This document shows, in pieces, positions 9,103 through 18,508 of a DNA stretch of 64,000 nt (positions within the stretch are counted from its first letter, which is position 1; every line of letters starts with the position of its first letter). The position numbers and the translations under genes were made by a program. Source of the stretch: Treponemataceae bacterium (lineage in GTDB: Bacteria > Spirochaetota > Spirochaetia > Treponematales > Rectinemataceae); contig CAXXVZ010000002.1 in NCBI GenBank assembly GCA_963678065.2, forward strand, positions 448,001-512,000, given 5' to 3'. The notes below the pieces were generated by a model. That model saw only the letters and a program-made list of their open reading frames with translations, had not been told where the DNA came from and ran no database searches.

Positions 9103-9881
9103 CATCGCTCGAATCCTTCAGGCTCGACGGCCGGGTTGCCATAGTGACCGGCGGTGCGCGCGGCCTGGGGCGGCAACATGCGATCGCCCTGGCCGAGGCC
9201 GGGGCGTCAGTCGCCATCTGCGATCTCCTCGAAGTCGAGGGCGAACGGACGAAGATAGAACTATCCGCCATAGGGAAGAAATCGTTATTCGGGAAAGTCG
9301 ACGTGAGCTCGGCCGAGCAGATAGAAGCATTCATCGAAGATGTCGTCGGGAAGTTCGGCCGTCTCGACATCCTCGTGAACAACGCAGGCAGGCCCTCGGA
9401 GGGCATAGCCCTCGACAGAGTGGACGACGACCTGTGGAGGAACATCATCGATGTCAACCTCTCGAGCCTTTTCTATTTCGGGAAGCGCGCAGCCCTGAAA
9501 ATGAAGGAATCCGGCGGGGGGAGCATCATAAATGTCGGTTCCATCAATTCGACTATCATCAGCAACATCGCTCCTCGCCACAACGTGACCTACTGCGTCT
9601 CGAAGGCGGGGGTAGCTCAGTTGTCACGCGGCATGGCCGCGGAGTGGGCGACATGGAACATCCGGGTCAATACCCTCGCGCCGGGCTACATCCTGACGGA
9701 CCAGACCGCGGCGAGCGCGAGCAATCCCGAGATCTACGAACGGAATATTCGCAATACGCCTATGGGACGATACGGCCGGATCGACGAGCTCAAGGGGGCT
9801 GTCGTTTTCCTGGCTTCCGACGCTTCGTCCTTCATGACGGGATCGCTGCTGACGATCGACGGCGGCTACACGATCTGGTGA
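9099..9881 (+). CDS. SDR-family sugar/polyol dehydrogenase
   Basis: TGGARGLG, NNAG, YCVSK, TPMGRYG...LASDASSFMTG. Confidence 0.9.
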   Translation: MTSLESFRLDGRVAIVTGGARGLGRQHAIALAEAGASVAICDLLEVEGERTKIELSAIGKKSLFGKVDVSSAEQIEAFIEDVVGKFGRLDILVNNAGRPSEGIALDRVDDDLWRNIIDVNLSSLFYFGKRAALKMKESGGGSIINVGSINSTIISNIAPRHNVTYCVSKAGVAQLSRGMAAEWATWNIRVNTLAPGYILTDQTAASASNPEIYERNIRNTPMGRYGRIDELKGAVVFLASDASSFMTGSLLTIDGGYTIW

Positions 9882-9931
9882 ACATAGTCGGTGTTGCGAT
9901 AATTCTTTGGATTTCGACAGAGGAGCGCGGC

Positions 9932-10390
9932 ATGATAGCGGCAAAGCTGGAAAGAGCGGCAGAACAGATCGAGCTTACGCCAGCCTTCACAAAGGCATTC
10001 AAGTTCCTGATGGATGTGAGGAATCGCGATTTGCCTGAAGGGCGAGTCGAGATCGACGGTGACCTCGTCTACGCGATGGTGCAATCCTACGAGACGAACG
10101 CGAAGATGGTACCCACGTTCGAGGCACACCGCAGGTACGCGGACATCCAGTACATCACCGCAGGCGAGGAACTCATCGGCTGGGCGCCTCTCGAGAAGAT
10201 GAAGGCCACCGGGGACTACGACTCCGCCAAGGACGTCACCATCGGAACAGCTCGCGCGGAGGACGCAACCGGTGTGCGCCTGTTCGCCGGTGAACTGTGC
10301 GTCTTCTGGCCAAGCGATGCCCATGCCCCCAAGCAGGCCGTGGGCACGCCGATGAAAGTATCCAAGATCGTCGTCAAGGTCGCCGTATGA
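9932..10390 (+). CDS. YhcH/YjgK/YiaL (NanQ-like) family protein
   Basis: C-terminal part of track ORF 8885..10390; FEAHRRYADIQY..GEE, FWPSDAHAP, KIVVKV; AGGAG RBS before ATG 9932. Confidence 0.88.
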   Translation: MIAAKLERAAEQIELTPAFTKAFKFLMDVRNRDLPEGRVEIDGDLVYAMVQSYETNAKMVPTFEAHRRYADIQYITAGEELIGWAPLEKMKATGDYDSAKDVTIGTARAEDATGVRLFAGELCVFWPSDAHAPKQAVGTPMKVSKIVVKVAV

Positions 10391-10520
10391 GGGCATTGCC
10401 CGCAAATGAGAGAATAGGGATGACCGGACTGAAAGGTAAGCCAAATCCGATTGAAAACATGGACCCTGATCGCGCCGGAATTTCATGAAACCGGCATATC
10501 TCTATTAGGAGGATCATCTC

Positions 10521-11396
10521 ATGAAGCTTGTGACTTTTGTTCAGGACAAGGCCGAGCGCCTTGGTGCCCTACATGCCGCGGAAGGCAAGGAGTGGGTAAT
10601 CGACCTCAACCTGGTTGAACCGAGGCTTCCGGGCACGATGATCGAATTTCTCGCCGCGGGCGCCGAAGCGCTGAAGCTGGCGCAGGCGGCCGTGACCAAG
10701 GCCACGCCGGCACAACGACTGGACCGTTCGGCCGTCGTCCTCAAGGCGCCGATCCCCCGGCCAGGGAAAATCATCTGCATTGGCCAGAACTATCTCGAGC
10801 ATGCCAAGGAGGGCGGCGATTCGAAACCACCATTCCCCATCATCTTCGGCAAATATTGCAACACCATCATCGGCCCCGGCGAAGCGATCATCATACCCAA
10901 GGCAGTGCTGAAGCCCGACTACGAAGGCGAGCTGGCCGTCGTGATCGGCCGACAGGGACGCGACATACCTGAAGCCGAGGCGCTCTCTTATGTCGCAGGC
11001 TACATGCCCCTGAACGATGTCAGCGCCCGCGACTGGCAGAACAGGACCGGGCAGTGGGTCATCGGCAAGACCTGCGACACCTTTTGCCCCATCGGTCCGG
11101 CCCTTGTGACGGCCGACGAAGTTCCCGACCCGCAGAACCTCAAACTACGCACAGTGATAGGCACCGAGCTGCTTCAAAGCGGCTGGACGGGCGACATGAT
11201 CTTCCCGATCGCCCACCTCATTTCCGACATGTCGCAGGTGATGACCCTCGAGCCCGGTGACATCATCGCCACCGGTACGCCCCCAGGAATCGGCGCCGTG
11301 CGCGTACCGCCTCGGTGGCTCCGGCCTGGCGAAACAATCCGGGTTGAGATCGACGGGGTCGGCGTTCTGGAAAATCCGATCAAAGCGCAGACCTGA
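10521..11396 (+). CDS. Fumarylacetoacetate hydrolase family protein
   Basis: KIICIGQNY, DYEGELAVVIG, NDVSARD, GKTCDTFCP, PGDIIATGTP. Confidence 0.92.
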   Translation: MKLVTFVQDKAERLGALHAAEGKEWVIDLNLVEPRLPGTMIEFLAAGAEALKLAQAAVTKATPAQRLDRSAVVLKAPIPRPGKIICIGQNYLEHAKEGGDSKPPFPIIFGKYCNTIIGPGEAIIIPKAVLKPDYEGELAVVIGRQGRDIPEAEALSYVAGYMPLNDVSARDWQNRTGQWVIGKTCDTFCPIGPALVTADEVPDPQNLKLRTVIGTELLQSGWTGDMIFPIAHLISDMSQVMTLEPGDIIATGTPPGIGAVRVPPRWLRPGETIRVEIDGVGVLENPIKAQT

Positions 11397-11883
11397 AACA
11401 GGGCCGGGCGCCGGACGGGTCGAGCGCGGACCCGCGAAAAGCCGACGCCGGCGCTTCGAAGCATTCGAACTTCCTCGTTCTGGCAAAGCCGTTTTTCTCA
11501 TAGAGCGCGATGGCAGGCGCGTTGTGCTCGAGCACTTCGAGCTCGAAACGATGAACTCCCTCCGCTTTGAGAAATGCGATGAGTTCGCCCAGCAGCGCCC
11601 CGCCCGCTCCCCCCTGCGCCGGAATTCCTTCACCGTGCCTGTTCCGCCGCCATAGCAGCGCCGCAGGCCCCCCGTTCTCCCGACACCCGCAGAGGATGAA
11701 GGAGACGAGTCTCCCGTCGTCGAATCCCCCGATCGAGTATAAGGAGTTGAGATCGCGCGCCGCCATCATTTCGATGAATTTGTCGTAACTCATCCGCGTA
11801 TCGACTTCGTAATCGGAAAACGCCTCGACGAAAGCCCGGTATATGGCCTCCCGCGAGACACCTTTCAGCGTCCTGATTTCCAT
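11380..11883 (-). pseudogene. GNAT acetyltransferase with two compensating frameshifts
   Basis: AFSDY...LEVLEHNAPAIALYEKNGF in the main frame. Motif A (CYGGGTGTVKEFRRRG) is in another frame between two G6 runs. Confidence 0.7.
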
Positions 11884-12011
11884 AGTCCTCCCTGGCACCG
11901 CGTCGCGGGCATGCGCCGGACCGCCGGAGCGCGCCCGACACACTGTGCCCCTGTCCGGCCGCGAAACTGATCGTGCGACGATGTGCATCCGCTTTTCGAG
12001 TCATTCGTGAA

Positions 12012-12177
12012 TCATGGAATGAAGTTCAGCAGATAGAACTGCGAGGACGAGTAGTATCGATACCCGTGCATAAGGTCCACGGAGTATGGCTTGGGCAGGC
12101 CGATCTGGTCTGGGTAGCATCTTCGCGGGAATGTCGAGTATATCCGCGACTTCGCCTATGGTGAAATCGTGCTTGAT
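12012..12177 (-). pseudogene. MerR-family regulator N-terminal remnant
   Basis: Manual translation: (I)KHDFTIGEVADILDIPAKML / frameshift / DQIGLPKPYSVDLMHGYRYYSSSQFYLLNFIP*. No start codon. Confidence 0.75.
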
Positions 12178-12201
12178 CCGTCATTCATCCGGATGCAGCC
12201 A

Positions 12202-12801
12202 TCAGCGCCGGGCGAAGATTTCGACGAGTTTCTTCATGTATAATTCCATTTTCTTCTCAAGGTCGTACATTCCGTCATGGATGCACCAGTCATATACCAC
12301 TCCGCGGCTGGCGATGAAAAAAAATTCAGTGGCATCTTCGGGAGACATTTCCGCCTGGATCTCCTGACGGGCCTGCCCGCCCTCGATGACTTCCTTGAGA
12401 AGCTCCTGCATGTACCGGCCCTTTATCGCGAAAAACTTGTTTTTCGTGTTGTAGAGCTGAGAGATGTTGCTGAAGCCCCTTTTCTTGTTGTAGCGGGCAT
12501 AGTGCTTGAAGAAGAGGATGACCTGCTCGGAGGCCGACAACCCTGAGGTCCGCAGCCGCTGCGCCACAGTGGTCTCGAAATATTCGTCGGCTTTCTTGTA
12601 CAGGTCGAAGAAAATGTCTTCCTTGGACTTGAAATAGTGGTAGAATGTGCCGACCGATACTCCCGCCCCCCTGCTGATTTCTTCGATGGTTGTGTTGCTG
12701 AACCCCTTCTTGTCCATGAGGGCTACCGATACCTTGTATATTTCCTTTCTCGTCCTGTCTGCCTGAAGTTTTCGCGAAGTCGGTTTTTTTTCTTCTTCCA
12801 T
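12202..12801 (-). CDS. TetR/AcrR-family regulator
   Basis: KGFSNTTIEEISRGAGVSVGTFYHYFKSKEDI. Confidence 0.93.
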   Translation of the reverse strand: MEEEKKPTSRKLQADRTRKEIYKVSVALMDKKGFSNTTIEEISRGAGVSVGTFYHYFKSKEDIFFDLYKKADEYFETTVAQRLRTSGLSASEQVILFFKHYARYNKKRGFSNISQLYNTKNKFFAIKGRYMQELLKEVIEGGQARQEIQAEMSPEDATEFFFIASRGVVYDWCIHDGMYDLEKKMELYMKKLVEIFARR

Positions 12802-12934
12802 GCTGCGTCACCTTTCCTGTGATCCTGATTCCCGTTCTCCATTTTCACCCGAAGGACTTCATTCGTCCGGAATCGAGCGGCCATGATGAAGCGGACTGTC
12901 ATGATAAATCGAAATTGGAAAATCCGATAAATTC

Positions 12935-12981
12935 CATTCACCGAACGCATTGACTGTATGTCTGAATATCGCTTATGTCAA
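12935..12981 (-). promoter_or_regulatory. Sigma70-like tetR promoter overlapping a putative operator
   Basis: Minus strand TTGACA(12981-12976)-17-TACAGT(12958-12953); CATTCACCGAACGCATT at 12935-12951. Confidence 0.6.
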
Positions 12982-13179
12982 CTGGACAATTACATGGGCT
13001 GGGCAAGCTGAAAGGCAGAACATCCCGGACTCACGCATTATTGAAAAAGTTCTTGGTTCGTACACCGATAGTGATCTGGCGATGTACCTCGGGATGGCGG
13101 CGATCGGAATATAGCGAAAGGATTCGTCGCCGCTTCCGATTTCCATTGAGTGTCGAATGCATTCTGTATGTTTCAAATG

Positions 13180-13224
13180 AAGGCAGGTTGAACTTCCGGA
13201 ATCCGGAGTTCAACCTGCCTTTTT
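13180..13224. terminator. Strong hairpin, intrinsic terminator
   Basis: AAGGCAGGTTGAACTTCCGG-AAT-CCGGAGTTCAACCTGCCTT then TTT; downstream of the UroD-like gene. Confidence 0.7.
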
Positions 13225-13245
13225 GTATTAGCCCGCGTGGATGTT

Positions 13246-14238
13246 TCAGGTTGAGCTGAACGGTGCACGCTCGATTTCGTCCGAGATGATCGGATTGACA
13301 TGGGGATAGATGCTGCCGGGCGCTCCGTAGGTCAGACAGGGGATGAAGTTTCCGGCTGGACAGCAGGTCTCGCAGACCCGGCGCACTTCCGCCCGGATTT
13401 CGGCTTCGGTCGCATCCTGCCGGTCGACGATAGCCGCATCGATGCCGCCCATCAGGGTCAGGCGGCCCGCGACCTGCGCTTGAATTTTTGCGATATCGTT
13501 CTGGGGGAGCACACCCTGCCAGATGTCCACTCCTATTTCCACCAGATCGTCGACGATCGGCTCAAGGAAGGAATCGGCGTGGTGCATGACGAGGACCCCG
13601 GCTTCATGGAATCTGGCGTAGAGCCTGGCGTAGAGTGGTTTCAGAAATTCCCGCCAGGTGTCGGGGCTCATGAACAGGCTGTGCTTGGTGCCCCAGTCGT
13701 CGTGGGACAGAATGATGTCGGGCTTGAGATTGTCGATCAGCAGTCCGGCGTAGGTCATCCGGTATTCGAAAAGGGCGTTCAGGAGCTCGTGCATGGATTC
13801 CGGCTCGGCCAGCAGATTGACAAGGGCGTCCTCGAAGCCCATCAGGAAATGGGATTGTTCGAAAATGCCGGTGGCCATGAAACCGGTGATCATTTTTTCG
13901 TTCCGGTCGGTGGCATCGCGGGTGGCCAGGGCGGCTCTCCAGTCGGCGCTGTTTGCCGCCAAGTCGGGCACTTTGACATAGTCGCGCCAGGCTGTGATGT
14001 CGGGCAGCACCTTGTCGTCGGCGGTTACATGGGGCATGGCGGCAAACTGGTCTTCCGGCCAGACGATGGTGGTGCCCCAGCGATCTTTGGAAATGCTGCC
14101 CCTGATGCGGTTGCCGGAAGTGTAGGCCCGCACCGGGTCATTCATGATCAAGGCGAAGGGCTGATATTGGTTGACCAGCCGGTCCGGCCTGCCGTGGGGG
14201 CGAATGGTTTCCAGCAGATTTTCCTTGGCAGTCAGCAT
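13246..14238 (-). CDS. Uroporphyrinogen decarboxylase/MtaA-CmuA methyltransferase superfamily protein
   Basis: DRWGT, GIFEQSHFLMGFEDAL, HDDWG...FMSP, MHHADS, LMGGID, EIRAEVRR. Confidence 0.8.
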   Translation of the reverse strand: MLTAKENLLETIRPHGRPDRLVNQYQPFALIMNDPVRAYTSGNRIRGSISKDRWGTTIVWPEDQFAAMPHVTADDKVLPDITAWRDYVKVPDLAANSADWRAALATRDATDRNEKMITGFMATGIFEQSHFLMGFEDALVNLLAEPESMHELLNALFEYRMTYAGLLIDNLKPDIILSHDDWGTKHSLFMSPDTWREFLKPLYARLYARFHEAGVLVMHHADSFLEPIVDDLVEIGVDIWQGVLPQNDIAKIQAQVAGRLTLMGGIDAAIVDRQDATEAEIRAEVRRVCETCCPAGNFIPCLTYGAPGSIYPHVNPIISDEIERAPFSST

Positions 14239-14284
14239 CGTGTTCCTCCATTGGTAATTTACGGACATCACAGTCATGACACGA

Positions 14285-15214
14285 TCAGTCAGGTTGTCGC
14301 GGCGTCGAATCCTTGTTGGATGCGGTGGACCGGATCAGCCCCAGGACACCGGGGACGGAATAGATGATCAGGGCGAGCCAGATGAACCCGAAAACGATCA
14401 GTTGCCCCGGACCGAAGTCTTCCTTGTAGACGAATATTCCCAGGGCCAGGACAATGGTCGGCGATATGTACTGCAGGAATCCCACGGTGAATATCGGAAT
14501 GCGCCTGGCGCCGGCCGCGAACAGGAGAAGGGTGGAAGCCGTCGCTATGCCGCCGCCGATCAACAGAAGGGCCGACCTCATATCCAGTATCGCGAAATAC
14601 CCCGATCCGACAGACTCGGTATAGACCACATAGCCCAGGGCGATCGGCAGCATGAACATGATTTCGTAGAATATGGAATACAGGGAATTTATTTTGATTT
14701 TCTTTTTAATGATGCTATAGACGGAAAAAGAAAACGCCAGAGTCAGGGCCAGGACCGGAACGCTCCTGTATTGGATCATCTTCACCGCCACTCCGAAAAA
14801 TGCCAGACCCAGGGCGATTCTTTGATGAATCGTCAATCTTTCTTTCAGGAAAACCATCCCGAGAAATACGACGACGATCGGATATATGTAATACCCCATG
14901 CTCAGCTCGACGAGATGGTTTGTCACGATCGCCAGCAGGTAAGCCACCCACTGGACAGCCAGAGAGAGGCTCGCGAGCAGGTAGAGGATGAGGTTTTTCC
15001 TGTCCTTCAAAGGCTCTAGGATGCGTTTCGGTCTGTAGATGATGGCCAGGAGGACAAGCAGAAAAACGAAAGACCACAATGCCCGGTGGGCGAGGATGGT
15101 CAGGGGATCGATCTTCTGCATCAATTTCCAGTATGCGGGCAGCAGTCCCCAGATCAGGTATACGGCAGTGATGTATACTAGGCCACGCTTCTGTTCCTTG
15201 CCTTTCCCTTCCAT
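14285..15214 (-). CDS. rarD: RarD/EamA drug-metabolite transporter
   Basis: YLIWGLLPAYWK, ILAHRALWS, SMGYYIYP, GFLQYISP; about 10 TM segments. Confidence 0.85.
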   Translation of the reverse strand: MEGKGKEQKRGLVYITAVYLIWGLLPAYWKLMQKIDPLTILAHRALWSFVFLLVLLAIIYRPKRILEPLKDRKNLILYLLASLSLAVQWVAYLLAIVTNHLVELSMGYYIYPIVVVFLGMVFLKERLTIHQRIALGLAFFGVAVKMIQYRSVPVLALTLAFSFSVYSIIKKKIKINSLYSIFYEIMFMLPIALGYVVYTESVGSGYFAILDMRSALLLIGGGIATASTLLLFAAGARRIPIFTVGFLQYISPTIVLALGIFVYKEDFGPGQLIVFGFIWLALIIYSVPGVLGLIRSTASNKDSTPRQPD

Positions 15215-15230
15215 TCCTCCCTCCGATACG

Positions 15231-15271
15231 AAAAAGCCCCGGCGCGGATTTACCGCATCGGGGCTTTTTTT
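15231..15271. terminator. Bidirectional intrinsic terminator after the TRAP operon
   Basis: AAAAAGCCCCGGCGCGG-ATTTA-CCGCATCGGGGCTTTTTTT. Confidence 0.75.
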
Positions 15272-15324
15272 CATCCGGAATCAGCCTGATACGAGCGCGT
15301 CACACTCATGACCGCGAAAAATCC

Positions 15325-16635
15325 TCACATCGGTCCCATCATCTTGTTCGGCAGCCAGAGTATGATGTCGGGGAAAAGGAAGATCAGAGCCAGCGCGACC
15401 ACAAGGGCCCCGAGGAAGGGCATGACGCCTTTGTAGATTGTCTTGAAGGGGATGCCCGTGATGTTGCCCGTAATGAAGACGTACAGTGCTATGGGCGGTA
15501 TAAGGCCGCCGATCATCAGGGTGATGCTGATCATGATGCCGAACCAGATGGGATCGTAGCCCAGGGCGAGCGCGGTCGGAAGGAAAATGGGGGTGGCGAG
15601 GACCATGAACGCGAGGTCGTCCATGATCGAGCCGCCGACGAGGTAGATCACGATGATCGCGATCATTATCGCGTATGGGGGAAATGGCAGCGCCGATGCC
15701 CAATCCGCGGTCTTGAAGGGGATTTCGGTAATTGTCAGGAAATGTCCGAAGATGTTCGAACCGGCGATCAGCATGAGGGTCATGATAGAGGTTTTGAGAG
15801 CTCCCTTGATGGATTTCTTGATCATCGCGAAACTGACTTCCCGCCGCACCAATGCCAGCACGAAGACAGCTACGGTTCCGATCGTGCCCGCTTCCGTGGG
15901 GCTGAAGAAGCCGACCATCATACCGCCGATGACGATGGCGAAAACGCCAAGAACCACGAGCACTTCAGGCAGCACCTTGAATCGCTCGATCCAGGTCGCG
16001 CCTTCGCCTCTGGGCGCTATGCTGGGCTTCAGGGTGACCCATATCGCGATAACCAGCATGAAGAGAACCATGATCATCAGCGCCGGCATTATTCCGGCGA
16101 GGAAGAGGCGGCCTATCGATTGCTCGCAGATCAGACCGTAGAGTATCAGGACCGTGCTCGGGGGCAGGATCATGCCGATCGTGCCTACCGACGCTACCGT
16201 TCCGGCGGAGAGCTCCTTCTTGTAGCCAAAGCGGTCCATTTCCGGAATCGCGAGTCCCGCGAAGGTGCCGACTGTCGCGAGGGTGGATCCGCACATGGCC
16301 TTGAAGGCTGTCGCTCCCACTACCGTGGTCATCGCGAGGCCGCCGGGGACGCGTCCGAACCATTTGTACGCGCCGCCATAGAGCCGCTTGGCAATGTCGG
16401 TGTTCGCGGCAAACTCACCCATCAGGACGAAGAGCGGAATCACCGTGTAACTGTACGTGGTAAAGACGTCGAAAAAGTCCTTCACGACCAGATTGGACGC
16501 GGGGATGAAAGACATGAGGGTCGTGAAACCGAAAAAACCGACGAGCACCATGCAATAAGCCATTTCCAGGCCAGTCAGGAAGAGGAAGAGCATCGCTACG
16601 ATGCCGACGAGGCCGACAAGTACTTCGTGGCTCAT
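15325..16635 (-). CDS. dctM: TRAP transporter large permease
   Basis: IPLFVLMG, GTIGMILPPS, SIGRLFLAG, FSPTEAG, DPIWFGI. Confidence 0.92.
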   Translation of the reverse strand: MSHEVLVGLVGIVAMLFLFLTGLEMAYCMVLVGFFGFTTLMSFIPASNLVVKDFFDVFTTYSYTVIPLFVLMGEFAANTDIAKRLYGGAYKWFGRVPGGLAMTTVVGATAFKAMCGSTLATVGTFAGLAIPEMDRFGYKKELSAGTVASVGTIGMILPPSTVLILYGLICEQSIGRLFLAGIMPALMIMVLFMLVIAIWVTLKPSIAPRGEGATWIERFKVLPEVLVVLGVFAIVIGGMMVGFFSPTEAGTIGTVAVFVLALVRREVSFAMIKKSIKGALKTSIMTLMLIAGSNIFGHFLTITEIPFKTADWASALPFPPYAIMIAIIVIYLVGGSIMDDLAFMVLATPIFLPTALALGYDPIWFGIMISITLMIGGLIPPIALYVFITGNITGIPFKTIYKGVMPFLGALVVALALIFLFPDIILWLPNKMMGPM

Positions 16636-17138
16636 TATGCGCCTTCCTTTGCTTCTCCGGCCTCACCGCCGCGAAGGACTTCGATCAAATCATACAGAAT
16701 CGTCATGCTCTGAAAAAAGAAACTGAACGAGAGGGCGAAAACGATGGGATAATACGGGATCTTGAAGCTCGGACTCAATTCTCCGGTCCTCTTCACATCC
16801 ACCCCGTATAGGTAGAAGTTGTAACAGACAAAGAGAAACAGGAAGATGCCCAGCAGCCTGGTCACAATCGTCATTGTCTTCTGCGTCTTCGGCTTCAGTT
16901 TTTCCAGGACGAGGTCGACCTGAACCTGCGCTTTGAGGAAAGTCGCGTAGGGAACGGAAAAACCGAAAACGATCGCCCCGCCGTACTGGATGATTTCCAT
17001 CGATCCAGTGATGGGATGTCCGAAATTTCGCAAGATCACATCACAGAGGGTGACAAGAACCATCACCACCAGAACTCCGCCGGACACAATGTAAAGAAGA
17101 GTATCCATCTTCTTTATACCGGCCATCACATGCTTCAT
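16635..17138 (-). CDS. dctQ: TRAP transporter small permease
   Basis: Four TM segments, DVILRNFGHPITGSMEI; lies between dctP and dctM. Confidence 0.88.
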   Translation of the reverse strand: MKHVMAGIKKMDTLLYIVSGGVLVVMVLVTLCDVILRNFGHPITGSMEIIQYGGAIVFGFSVPYATFLKAQVQVDLVLEKLKPKTQKTMTIVTRLLGIFLFLFVCYNFYLYGVDVKRTGELSPSFKIPYYPIVFALSFSFFFQSMTILYDLIEVLRGGEAGEAKEGA

Positions 17139-17261
17139 ATTGATTCCCCCGTAGCTTGAAAAGTCGCGTCGGAGCGGGCTGGCTCCGCTCCGGCGCGACC
17201 GGAATACCGGCATCCGGCGCAGCGGGGAAGACCTCGATGAGGCATCCCCAGGCGGAAAAAA

Positions 17262-18317
17262 CTATTGATTCTTCTGGAGGAAATCCAGACAGAACTTGAG
17301 GGCGTCGTCCCCGGGAAGACCCTTGGACTTGGTCATGGCCACGTACGCGTCGAGAATGGGCTTCATGAGGGCGGCGGTGGCAGCCTGATCCTGCTTCGAG
17401 ACTTCAAGGAACTTCACGCCTTTCTGGACGGCGAAATCCTTCGCCTTGGCATCCAGCTCCAGCCAGAGCTTGCCGATCTTCTCGTTGTAGGCGTCATTGA
17501 TCTTTTCAATGGCCTTGCGGTCTTCGGGCTGTATGGAATTCCATTTGTCCTTGTTCATGATCACATACATGGAAGTCATGTATGACAGGCCATAATCCTC
17601 GATGACCGTCTTGACGACTTCGCCGATCTTGTAACCCTGCAGGGCTTCGATCGGGAAGAGTGTGCCGTCGATGACGCCGCGCTGGATCGAGTCGTAGGCA
17701 TCGCTGACGGGCATGGTTACAGGGGCGCCGCCGAGGTTTGTCACGATGTCGGCATTTTCGGCATTCGCCTTGATCCTGAGTCCCTTCACTTCCTTGATGG
17801 AACTGATGGATTTCTTCGTCATGATGAAGCCGGGGGCCGCACCGTGGAGGAACATGACCTGGACATCGTTGAATTCTTTCGGTTGGAATTTCTTGTAGTA
17901 GGCGTTCGCCAGCTTGCTGGCCTGGTATCCGCTCACGTATCCGAGCGGCTGCTGAAGCACTTCGGAAAGGGGAAGCCTTCCGGGAGCGTAGGCCAAAAGG
18001 CATCCCGCCATGTCCGCTATTCCCTTGACGACAGCGTCATAGGCCTGCATGGGCGGAGAGAGGGTGTTTCCGGGGAATGTGCTGACCTTCACCCTGCCTG
18101 AGGTGGCTTCATCGACATCCTTGCCCCATTCGGCCGCCAGCTTCGCCATCGGATGACTCGCGGGCCAGATCAGAGAATAGCGCAGCTTTATCTCTTTGAC
18201 CTGCGAAAAAACAGGGGTGATGCTCACTGCGAGCAGAAGCACGACTAGGGCGACCGTTATGGATCGCATCATAACGCTGCGTGAATTGTACGACGAAAAA
18301 CGTACCTTCTTTGCCAT
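17262..18317 (-). CDS. dctP: TRAP solute-binding protein
   Basis: Signal peptide; TSGRVKV, LGGAPVTMP...YDSIQRGVIDG, MNKDKWNS. Confidence 0.9.
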   Translation of the reverse strand: MAKKVRFSSYNSRSVMMRSITVALVVLLLAVSITPVFSQVKEIKLRYSLIWPASHPMAKLAAEWGKDVDEATSGRVKVSTFPGNTLSPPMQAYDAVVKGIADMAGCLLAYAPGRLPLSEVLQQPLGYVSGYQASKLANAYYKKFQPKEFNDVQVMFLHGAAPGFIMTKKSISSIKEVKGLRIKANAENADIVTNLGGAPVTMPVSDAYDSIQRGVIDGTLFPIEALQGYKIGEVVKTVIEDYGLSYMTSMYVIMNKDKWNSIQPEDRKAIEKINDAYNEKIGKLWLELDAKAKDFAVQKGVKFLEVSKQDQAATAALMKPILDAYVAMTKSKGLPGDDALKFCLDFLQKNQ

Positions 18318-18336
18318 GACTTCCTCCTTGAAACTC

Positions 18337-18469
18337 ATAGAATGCTTTCACCGAACCATATGTATATTCTCACGTTTTCCCCATTTGTCAAGGAAAACCA
18401 TTTCTTTTTTCCGTTGACAAAAACCGTGAAACAAGGAATTAATGAATCTATTCACTGAATGCACTATAG
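18337..18469. promoter_or_regulatory. Divergent dctP/ALDH promoter region with operator-like sites
   Basis: TTGACA on both strands (18386-18391 minus, 18414-18419 plus); GAAY-NN-RTTC-like sites at 18337-18352, 18441-18456 and 18454-18469. Confidence 0.55.
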
Positions 18470-18508
18470 GTATATTCTACATTGTATTTACATTGGAGGG
18501 AGACGGCC

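Noticed and set aside
8885..10390. 501-aa ORF in the track
   Set aside because: Only the last 152 codons (from 9932) look like a protein (YhcH). The rest is an off-frame overlap of the aldolase and SDR genes.
17160..17255. GC-rich hairpins between dctP and dctQ as a riboswitch or ncRNA
   Set aside because: The position fits ordinary mRNA-stabilising stems after a binding-protein gene; no aptamer motif recognised.
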